A stretch of DNA of 64,000 bases, taken from Neodothiora populina. Its lineage: Eukaryota. Of this stretch, positions 1 to 9,865 are shown piece by piece. The translations under genes were made by a program, and so were the position numbers. A model generated the notes under the pieces. It did not search any database and was not told the origin of the DNA. It was given only the letters and a program-made list of their open reading frames with translations. The stretch is taken from the NCBI RefSeq assembly GCF_041146345.1, contig NW_027191414.1, positions 124,001-188,000 of the forward strand. Direction: 5' to 3'. The number at the start of each line of letters is the position of its first letter. The stretch's first letter is position 1.

Positions 1-379
1 ACCGAGTCCGTGTCGCTCGTTCTAGACGCAGCGAAGAATGACAAGATCAAAATGGTGACTAAACAGAAGGAAAGAGAAAGGACAAGACGAAGGGGCCGCA
101 TCTTGCGCGGCCGCCTGGTCTCGTGAGTGTGACGATGATGTTGAGATGGAGCGGATTCTAATGGAAAAGAGGACGATAAGCCACGCGACATGAGAGACAG
201 GACTGAAAAGGCTGGAAGGCGGATGGAAAAGAATCTATCTAAATATCACTCATGGTATGACAAGACAGTCACTGCTTGCAAATTGGCGGAGACAGCGAAT
301 GATGTTCACGAACGGAACAAGGCACAAGACACAGACAGATTAGATCAGGTGCTCATGAAATCATCCACACACGTCTTTG

Positions 380-409
380 GCTGTGCTGTGCTGTGCTGTG
401 CTGTGCTGT
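380..409. repeat. (GCTGT)6 microsatellite
   Basis: Six direct GCTGT units; a degenerate run of the same unit occurs at ~47143-47175. Confidence 0.9.
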
Positions 410-1563
410 TACTCCAAGGTACTGTAAGGTATCCATGAATTGAGGGGGAGACAAGACAAGAAAGAGAGCACAGACGGCGCTTGCGGAGACTGGGGGAGTA
501 AAGTCCGACAAAACAATCAGATATCTGTTTCTATCGTCACGCATCACGTATCGACGACGACGACGACAACTAAACGTATGAGGCCGAGTGTATGTCTAGT
601 CCCCTCGTCGAAGAGAAGTGCGGTCTGCCTTACCTTACCGAGACATGAACTTCGTCGTTCGACCTGCAGCATCTCTACATCCTTCGAACACCAGATTATC
701 TTATAACACAACAGCAAACTTCCTGTGCCTGATTACCCAGGATAGACACAAGAGATAAGAAAACCCCTGATATCTAGACCGTATCCGCAATCAACAGATG
801 GCCAAGCTACAGTAGCGTAGAGCGCCTTAAGGTAAGATATCCTTTCGACGAGTCATCACAAGAGACGATTTTGGCCTGATCCATCGTGAGATATGGTCAT
901 GGCAACCTGACGATAACGCGATAAGAATGTCCAGATGAGTCAGGTCGACGAATGGTAGCAACATAAGGTACCTTACCTTAAGGTAGGCTCACTGGCCCAA
1001 CGTTCACCCCGCAAGATCCAATTCTCAAGTTTAAAATGATTGATTTATACTTGCCCAATCAGGTGAGATGTCTCATGATTCGAGATTCGCATACATGGCT
1101 CTCTGGGCATCTTCATACTGAGCCAGTGACTCTACAGGATGCGAATATGCGCATACGAGTTACGTATGCCAAGCTCTTGTCATCCCACAAGAGGTCGACC
1201 TTCCTACTCCAGGACTGATCGAGGCACGCTGCCACCATAGCCCCCGTCTCATGACGATGTACCCAGGTCAAGCTGTAATCCCGACGACTCGAAAGCGACA
1301 CTGTACATGTAGCAATATGTAAAGGCTTTCCGGAGTGCAATGCCGTGCTTAAGATTAATCCCAGCGACATGTTGTTACTTGCCGTCTTCCGTGGTATAAC
1401 AAGGGGTGTACAGTAAGGTACAGTGAGTCTATGCATAAAGTCTCTGTGAACGGCAGACAGGTAATTGACTGAGGCTAGCAGCCGTGCCACGACTATTCTG
1501 GTCCTTCTGTGCCTTCGCACCCGGACACCCTGCAGAGCTTGAACAAGTAGCAATGTATCTGAC

Positions 1564-2330
1564 TCAAATAACAGTGTACTGAGAAGCCATTTCAGTTCCA
1601 CTGAGAGCACTCTCATCAATGCCGACTTCCCAATGCTGTCGATACATGATGTTGTGGTTTCGGCGATCGTTTCGATGATAGCGAGATGAATCGTTGCGGC
1701 TCACTGTCCAATACACGAAATCGTATTGAGGCTCTTGAGAGCGACGACTAAAACCGCTTTCCGCTTGTTGAAGCCACAAGAAGATCCTTGCTCCGAGCTT
1801 CGAGTCTACCGCTTCGTCCGTGCTGAGCAGCGTACTCGGGTAGATCTCCATGACGTACGCTCCCGGCTGATCACGATCGTGCATGATTCCATTGTGTCGA
1901 TGGTTTCTGATGATACTGACATGTTGAGCCATAACGAAAGCATAAGAGAAAAATCGAGGACGGACGCGTTACAAGTCGAGCTTCTGCGCGTCGACTCTGT
2001 CTTCGGGCCCTGATGCGGTGTAAAGAAGGTAGATACAGTACTCATGGCATATGGCTCTCCTACAAGTATGAGAACCTCAACTACCTTGCCTTACCTCAAT
2101 CTACCCCAGATATGATCATGTGAAACAACACGAGTTGCACGAGACAATACCAACGGGTACCTCAGCTGTTCTCTTGTAACAAAGTACCTTTGGCTACAGT
2201 ACAAGGGATGGTGCAAGGAGGCGCATGGCGTATCCTCGAACAGTGTGCGAGGGAAAAGAAGGTGGGGTGCAGGTGGACATGGTCTTTTGCGGAGAGCATG
2301 CGTCAGAGGCGACGGTAAACACGGTTGCAT
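1564..2330 (-). CDS. Possible orphan gene, 3 exons (2330-2095, 2059-1973, 1915-1564; ~224 aa)
   Basis: ORFs 2091..2330 and 1564..1932 join in frame through an 87-nt middle exon using GTAAGG..TAG (35 nt) and GTAACG..CAG (57 nt). No recognisable domain; intron 1 is short and branch sites are weak. Confidence 0.3.
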
Positions 2331-2794
2331 CTCTGTCCTGGAGAGCTTGGAGACAGAGATAGATACGCGTTAGTGGCAGATCAATACCCAAACCCTAGCC
2401 GTCTTGCACAATTGTCCTGTCTCATCATTACCTCTCTGTACTTTTTCCTTTGCCATACTGCCGGTCCCCCTACAAGTACAGTGCAAGCACGAGCCCTGCC
2501 GCGTGTGTCTTAAAAATACGAACGGTACGGTATTATTGGATTGCTCCTTCCTGCTGCTCGTCATATGAAAGCGTAGTCCTTTCCACGCCGTGTCGTATTT
2601 GTTCCCGGCACTACGCCACTTCATTCTTCCATCCATAACCTCTGGCCTGGGTCCGATAATCTCTATCCATATCTTTACTTCCTGTGCGGATTCATCTTGG
2701 CTGTATCTCTGTCCACGATATTCGAGAACATCCTCTGAGTTGTATTCTCTTCACCTCCGCTCAACATCTATTTTTATCAATCATACCCCAAGAG

Positions 2795-4165
2795 ATGAAT
2801 ATCGATCAGCCAGGCAGAGGCCTGAGTTTGCCTTTCATCAAGCGAAAACTAGACCCATCGGCAGTGCCCACACACGAAAAGAGATTGCCTGGGTTCGAAT
2901 GGCTACCAAATAGAATCCGCAATCATTTCGTCGCCATGGTGGGCGAGTTTGTCGGGACTTTCTTGTTTCTCTTCTTCGCCTTCTCTGCAACGCAAGTCGC
3001 CAATGCAGCCACCTCAGACGCTGGTTCAGGAGGCGATGGTTCATTGACGCAAGCACCAAACACTTCTGCCTTGCTTTACATTAGTTTGGCATTCGGGTTC
3101 TCGCTGGCTGTCAACGCATGGGTGTTCTTCCGCATCACAGGAGGGCTCTTCAATCCTGCAGTCACGTTTGGCATGTGCTTGATTGGAGCAGTCAAGTGGT
3201 TGAGAGGCGGTTTGATTCTGATTTCGCAACTCCTTGGCTCCATGGCTGCCTCTGGCGTTGTTTCGGCTCTTTTTCCTGGACCTATGAATGTATCTACCAC
3301 GCTTGGTGGTGGTACATCGATCGTCCGAGGTCTTTTCATTGAGATGTTTCTCACTGCAATGCTTGTCTTTACCATTTTTATGCTGGCTGCCGAAAAGCAC
3401 AAGGGAACGTTCATCGCGCCCATTGGAATTGGTTTGGCTCTTTTCATTGCCGAATTGACAGGTAGCATGTGTCCGTCCAACTCAGAAGTTCTCCATACTG
3501 ACAGTGTCCAGGTGTCTACTTCACTGGCGGATCTCTGAATCCCGCTCGCTCCTTCGGTCCCTGCGTTGTACTACACATCTTCCCGGGCTATCACTGGATC
3601 TACTGTGAGTTATCATTCAGAAGCGTCTTCGAGCAATCCACTGACATAATCCATAGGGCTCGGTCCCCTCCTTGGTGCCGTTGTCGCAGTAGGTTTCTAC
3701 AAACTGATCAAAACCCTCGAGTACGAGACGGCAAACCCTGGCCAGGACTTCAACGACAAGGAAGCGGAGGTGTTCAATGTGGATGAAGATACCGCTGCAA
3801 CTGCTCAGGATGTTGCCAGACCCAACGTCGCAATAGGACGTAGCGAGTACATTGCAGATGAGGATGGCATCCACCGGTCAGAGGACGTGCGAAGAGCAGC
3901 GGGCCGCGCCCCCAAGCCGCCGGCCAATTATGGCAACGAATTGGCGGTCGCTGAGCCTCCAGGCCTTCCCAACCCATACGTCTCTCGAGGGGGTCGGTAT
4001 GACGGCACTGATGCCGAGAAGCGCGAACACCGTCGATCATCCAGCGGCACACACGCAGAGGAAGTGCAAAACGACGACATGTATCTACGGACCGAGGTTT
4101 ACAAGTCCAGCTCTGATGCTGAACGAGGAGAGCTTGGTGGTAAGTACCGGGTCTCGGGACTTTGA
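2795..4165 (+). CDS. AQY1: Aquaporin (MIP family, orthodox AQY1-like); exons 2795-3461, 3512-3604, 3657-4165
   Basis: [23 protein letters not shown] and (after splicing) [12 protein letters not shown] give both NPA motifs; HWIYWLGP; two canonical introns with CTGAC branch sites. Confidence 0.93.
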
Positions 4166-4611
4166 GTGTCCTTCTCGACAGCACGTGCGTATAATCTGAA
4201 TCTGGCATAGCGCGTTTGATAGCGAAGCATGGCGTTTTGGGCTGCTCGAGGAGCGTGTATACCTTTTGATGTTCAAGATGGCGGAGTCGACATTCTGCAA
4301 GTTTCACCTACGACTGTATCACTAGTACCTCAATCAACCTTCCGGCTCATGGAAGGCGATCTAACCCTGACCATTTTTGTTTTCGTGTCCATTTCCTAAG
4401 GTCCATTTGACTCCAATGGAACACGCCCGGCAATATCTGTGCTGGATTTCTGATGAATCTACGTGCCGCCGGTGTTCCTGATTCACATCACCTTTTTACG
4501 GCGATGATTAACTTCCGCCAAAGAGGAGATTAGAGTAAATGTGTTCAACAATTGCCGTGACACAGTTTGCAGATAGATAGTGACAGAGACCGCCACAAAA
4601 ATGAGAAATAT

Positions 4612-4703
4612 TTCCCATGCGGGGAATCGAACCCCGGCCTTGTCGGTTCTCCAGCACAACTGTGCTTGAAAGCGACAAATCCTAGCCGCTAGACCACATG
4701 GGA
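4612..4703 (-). tRNA. tRNA-Glu (anticodon TTC) with 20-nt intron (4647-4666)
   Basis: Reverse complement TCCCATG..CATGGGA acceptor stem, D arm TGGTCTAGCGGCTAGG, anticodon arm TGTCG-CT TTC A[intron]C-CGACA, T arm GGTTCGATTCC; 72 nt after intron removal. Confidence 0.96.
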
Positions 4704-5166
4704 TACAACATGAAATGTGCTGTATATAGATCGACTATATAGCTCCAAATCGTAGGATCCGGCTTTGCGTTTGCTCGATGTCAGCATTCTTCGGATGAAG
4801 GTCGTGGTCTACGTGCACAGTGTTACAGACAGTTTCCACAAGAGTGAGCATAATTTCTTCTCAACAAACACACTATGTACGAACAGATCAACACCTCATG
4901 ATATGTCACGCAAGACGCCTCGAAAAGTACTCCAAGACCGATCACTAAGATGAGCAAGGAAGGTAGGTGGCTGACCTGTGCTACAATCACAAGCGCCTGC
5001 CTTATCGCCACTGTCAATTGGGTAGAATAATATTCTGGTCCTATATCACAAACGAAGTCTTCAATTGCCTGGTCGCCTGATATATATCCCGTCGACGCAA
5101 ATCATCGCCTGACGATCCAGTCACGCAAAAGAGGCTTGCTGTGTTTGGTGTCTTGTTCTCTGGACC

Positions 5167-5502
5167 TTAAGCGCCGTGCAGGTAGGTGGAGACATAGCCT
5201 CGTTCTTTCTCTCTTACACATACTAGGAAAGAAAAGACATTCCGACCGATGCAATATCTCGTTGCCTTGATCATCCGGGTGAAATCGTGTTATGGTCTCC
5301 GATCACCAACAAACTCTCAAAATGCCTGATTTGTCTTCCTCATCACCGTACGTTCACTGTACGTTTTAAGATCCGCGCATATCATGGCCGGAAGATCGAG
5401 TCGGGCAAAGGAGGCTATGCTCAATATCTCGTCCTCAGAACATTAAGCGCCGCAGAGATAGATGGATGCTAACAACATAGCCTCGTTCTCTCTCTCATAC
5501 AC
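5167..5502 (+). repeat. Degenerate ~55-60 bp direct repeat pair (5167-5220 and 5443-5502)
   Basis: Both copies read TTAAGCGCCG...G(G/A)TGGA...ACATAGCCTCGTTCT(T/C)TCTCTC(T/A)TACAC. Confidence 0.75.
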
Positions 5503-5889
5503 GCGAGGAGAGCGGGGGATGGAATATCCACCAATACGCAAGATCGGTGCCGCTCTGTCAGGCGACGAGGCCGCTCTCGAGGGAGGGGGCTGTGTCGATC
5601 GTTTTTGTTGGCACTTCTTGTTTGGAGGTGTGTCTGCTATTGGCCGGCATTGCTTGAGAGCGATGTGAGGAGAACGTCGAAAGCTGCATAGTTTGGACAC
5701 TGCCCATGTTGGCAACCACTTCACCGGTGTCTGATGGGGCGTTGAAGAGTTTATATATACGACTGCTCTTTCTATCCCATCATGAAGTTTAACATCATTT
5801 AGCTACTACTCCTCAGGACTTGGATACCTTACATCAAAGTTCATATCTCATTACTGTCGCTTCTGAACATCTCTATCGAATACTTCAGT

Positions 5890-7392
5890 ATGATTGCAAA
5901 GGATCAGACCGATATTACACTGTCCACGAGAGACACCGAATTAGCCAAAGCACGGCAGTTCCTGCCAGTGGCAATCGTCCTTGCTTGGAACACTACAAAT
6001 GCGTTCGTCGCTTGCCCTTTCAAGTCTTGTGGTGGAGTACACGAGCACCCCTATGAGTCTCCACGCCCAGGTCTAGCCGTCAAGCAGATGTCAAGATGTT
6101 GGTTAGGGCGGCAACAATATTACCAACTCATTTTCCCTTTCGAGGACCATCCTCGTGTCAGCCATCTCACCATCGAAGCCGACAGGGAGAAATGCCGTTG
6201 GAAAACAATCGGACCAGGTCTCCCTGAGGTTGATTCCAATCCAGTGGAGACAGGCTCGACATCCAGTGTAGACCTGAGCGGTCCCCTACAAGCTATCTCC
6301 ATCACTAGTGAAGTCGAGGACGAAGAGTGGGATCGATTCATCTTGGTATGTACTGCAGGCGAGGACCAGCGATGTGCAGAGATATTGAGGAAGTCGGTAA
6401 TTCCAAGAGAACTCGTCAAGAAGTACGAATTGTCGAGTGGGCAAACTGCTCTTGCGAAGGCATGTATACATGGTTGTCTGAGTGTTGTGAAGCTCCTTCT
6501 TAGGAAGAGCGCAGATGTCAATGCTACAGATAACGAAAAGAAGACTTGCTTGATGCATGCTCTGGAGCATGGTCATACATACCTTATGGAATTTCTCAGC
6601 AACGCAGGCGCAGATCTTTTCACGAAAGATGTACATGAACGTTCCGTGTTTGACTATGCTCATGACTCTCTCCGTCGTATGGAGTCTGAGGAATGGTCCA
6701 TTGCATCTTCGGGGCATGACACTAAGGAGAAGCATCGGAAGCGTCAAATGAGAAAAAATGCCATCGAACGACTCCTTGATAAGTACGAAGCTAGCTTGGG
6801 GGACATCCGAGCAGCAAAGAGGGCTGATGCAACTGAGTCGTCAGGACTTAGATCGCAGCAACCTATGATCAAGTTCGAGCAGAATGTTACTGATCGCAAC
6901 ATTATGTCCGTGGTGTTCACGCAGCGCCATGACGTGAGGCTTCAGAACGAGACGAAAGTTTTAGCTTTTCTGTACAGAGGCCCATCATACCAAGACATCT
7001 TTGCTGTCAGCGGTTGGAGCCATGGATGGTACGGCGGTCACGATGGCTGTCTTGATCGTGAAGAGTACACGGAGAAGGTCTTTCGACTCAGCGATGCCGT
7101 CGAGCATAAACTTGCTGAACATCGTCATGATCCGAAAAGAGAGCCCGGAAAACACAAAGCCTGCCATGCCGAGAAACAATTAATGGCTTTCTTCCTCTGG
7201 ACGCACACCTCGCTCGCCATGAACGATCCAAATTCGGAATTGGAGACCTGCAACCCTCTCGTCACTAAGATGAATCCCATCATATACATCAGTAAACACC
7301 CTTGTGATGATTGTCTCAATTTCAGGCGACTCGTACAAGAAAATTGTGGTGTAAACTTCAGCTTCATCTTCAAAGGACAAAAGTATTTCTAA
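5890..7392 (+). CDS. Ankyrin-repeat protein with C-terminal Zn-dependent deaminase domain (SsdA/DYW-like), 500 aa, intronless
   Basis: Ankyrin repeats GQTALAKACIHGCLSVVKLLLRKSADVN / KKTCLMHALEHGHTYLMEFLSNAGADL (6439-6660); SGW (7009-7017), CHAEKQL (HAE 7165-7173), PCDDC (7300-7314); N-terminal CPFKSCGGVHEH. Confidence 0.88.
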   Translation: MIAKDQTDITLSTRDTELAKARQFLPVAIVLAWNTTNAFVACPFKSCGGVHEHPYESPRPGLAVKQMSRCWLGRQQYYQLIFPFEDHPRVSHLTIEADREKCRWKTIGPGLPEVDSNPVETGSTSSVDLSGPLQAISITSEVEDEEWDRFILVCTAGEDQRCAEILRKSVIPRELVKKYELSSGQTALAKACIHGCLSVVKLLLRKSADVNATDNEKKTCLMHALEHGHTYLMEFLSNAGADLFTKDVHERSVFDYAHDSLRRMESEEWSIASSGHDTKEKHRKRQMRKNAIERLLDKYEASLGDIRAAKRADATESSGLRSQQPMIKFEQNVTDRNIMSVVFTQRHDVRLQNETKVLAFLYRGPSYQDIFAVSGWSHGWYGGHDGCLDREEYTEKVFRLSDAVEHKLAEHRHDPKREPGKHKACHAEKQLMAFFLWTHTSLAMNDPNSELETCNPLVTKMNPIIYISKHPCDDCLNFRRLVQENCGVNFSFIFKGQKYF

Positions 7393-8645
7393 CGGGCAGA
7401 GCCGAGAGCGCGTCGCTACGTTAGGACCTATCGATCTTCCTCAGAGTCGTAGTAATGCGTGATTGAGCATACAAGAACAGGAATGATACATTGTCCAACG
7501 ATCTTCTTTTTTCCATCTCTTGGATCGAATTTTGGGTTTCAGCTCTTAGTACATAATGTAATGGGATGAGATATTGATGGAAACAAGCAATAGAATGAAA
7601 CGTGTTTTATCTGTCAAAGTGCCATCCCTCAGGTTTCAATTCGTCCTCGATTCAATCGCAGAAGTCTCATTCGCTGAAGCAGGCACGAAATTGATAGGAG
7701 ATTCCGGATCTGTTGCTCAAGGGCACCGATCCGGGCTCTACGGTCTCTTTCATAAGGAAGGGGCTCGTGTAGGCGGATGATATGACACTGAATCAGGGCA
7801 GAAGCTCTAGGTAACGATCATAGTACTTGGTGCGACGGTGCTTGATGAGCTGTAGGTTTTTGTGGCGTCGGCGATCACTAGTATCTCGGCGTTTTCATAT
7901 ATGGCAATATCTGAACACAACTTTATGGAAAGCTTCAAGGACTACTGCTTCTTCGTTAGACAGATATCTCAGGCTCTTAGCATCAAGCCATCTTGAAAAG
8001 TTGAGTGAAGTATTGAGAGGTGTGGACTATAGCCTGTAAAGCAAGTGCTGCGATTGACAGCACTGCTACAGTCCATCAGGGTCTCCCCATCCATTGAGTG
8101 CAAACATTTGGCGCCTTCGCTGCGATAGTCATATATCGTCATATGTAGTGTTGCTGGCCTGAAACCTCGTCCAAGGCATCGCAGATCATGGTATCCAGCT
8201 GGTAAGATCGCCACGCGAGTTACCGGCTTCATGGTCTGCTCTTTGCTGCTTCGACCTCTTGACCTCAACATTCTCGCCAGGAATGACGCACATCATGGGG
8301 TCATGTGAAGATTAGTCACCGCAGATAGCAGACGATGGGTCGCTTGCTGAGCGAAACAGCTCTCTATTGTTTTGACAGAGATGGCGAGAGGCATGTCCCA
8401 GTCTTCATTCGTTTGCTTTGCTGTTCGCTTTGACGAGCCGAAGTGTCTTATGAGCCCTGGTGCTGTAGGCATGGGTGCATGCCACCGATATGTGCGGTGA
8501 GATGAGAGCAGAGCCAAGTAGTCTGTAGCAGCCTTCAGCGTGGCTAGTATGTCTGTCGGCTGCGTCTGGCATTCAGACGTTGTGGTCGACGAGTCAGTTG
8601 TCCTTGCTAGGGACATTTTGGAAGCAGGGGGTGCGAAGGCGCCCT

Positions 8646-9386
8646 TCATAAGCTGCTCTCCTCAGTCAGCTCCTCGTCGCCTGGCCTGGCTCGTCCCTCG
8701 AGATCCAGTCCAAATTTCTGCTCCAAGGCCTTGACGTTTGCGGCCCACTTGCTAAGGACAGGGTGCGCAGCGGCGACTTCGCGAAAAGTGACTTCGCCAC
8801 CCTCTTCCCTCTCGCCCTCGACTTCGAAAGTCCAAACACCATCAGGACCAAACCATCGTCGTCCGAACAACTCAGTCAAGCCCATTTCTCCCCTGGCACG
8901 AACGAACTCCTCTCGGACAGAACCCTTGACTTCATCACTTGCAGAAGCATCTGAATTGACCGCTCGCACAACACCTTCAAGAGCACCAAGTAGGTATCCT
9001 GATCTGAGTCCAATAACCGCGCCTAGCGAAAAGCCTTCGTCGAAGCCAGACTGGACATGCACGGTTTTACTGCTCGCCACGCCATCACGATAGCCGGCCG
9101 TCACGTGCTGGCTGCGCAGACGGGGCACGTCCGAGTGCTCGCCGATGGCATTTCTCGTCTGTGGCGCGGCGGCAAGCGTCGCATCTAAAGAGTCAAAATC
9201 GGCAGAGTCTATATCCTCGTTTTCGAAATTGCCGATATGAACTGCGGCGGACGCCAAAGGTGAGTTGGGCGCTGAACCGAAGACATCGTCTAGTGCATCT
9301 GTCGTTGGTTCGAAATGGGCTTCTTCTTCTTGGTCGCCTGAGGAGGTCATTGTGTGTGGAGAGTAGCCTGGTACCTCGCGGAGCAT
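8646..9386 (-). CDS. YAE1: Yae1 family protein (CIA adaptor for Rli1 Fe-S maturation)
   Basis: Deca-GX3 motif GYRDGVASSKTVHVQSGFDEGFSLGAVIGLRSGYLLGALEG; first ATG at 9386. Confidence 0.88.
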   Translation of the reverse strand: MLREVPGYSPHTMTSSGDQEEEAHFEPTTDALDDVFGSAPNSPLASAAVHIGNFENEDIDSADFDSLDATLAAAPQTRNAIGEHSDVPRLRSQHVTAGYRDGVASSKTVHVQSGFDEGFSLGAVIGLRSGYLLGALEGVVRAVNSDASASDEVKGSVREEFVRARGEMGLTELFGRRWFGPDGVWTFEVEGEREEGGEVTFREVAAAHPVLSKWAANVKALEQKFGLDLEGRARPGDEELTEESSL

Positions 9387-9865
9387 AGCTGGAGTTTCAC
9401 ACAGATGCTGCTGAATCACAATTTGTGTTCTAACATTAATTCGCCTGTCATAAAGGACAGTATACGTTTTGTTATAGTCAACAATTCAAGACGTTCAAGA
9501 AATTTGACGGTCGGGCTTGAAAAGTCTTGGCTTAGTCAGCTTTGCTTGCAACCAACTTCATCAATTCACTGTCTCAATCATACAGCAGCATGTCACAAAG
9601 ATGGGTCAATGACTATAATGACTCGAGACTAGGAGGCGCGTAATTACCGAGTAAAGTTTCTCGTTAACTATAAGAGCTATCTGAGGACACACTTAATGAA
9701 CGCAAAGTGCATTGCTTCACATATCCCTAGCTCCACAATATCTCGGCAATCTCACCATAGCTTTAGTGCGGTCCCGACGATCCGCAACTCCATTGTGCAT
9801 ATTGCTAATACCAAGGCACGGCGGCCTACTTCCCATCCAGCTCTTAGGCTAGCTTTGTCGTTCGC

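Noticed and set aside
4361..4370. CTAACCCTGA as a telomerase RNA template or telomeric seed
   Set aside because: Single imperfect match with no supporting structure or repeats.
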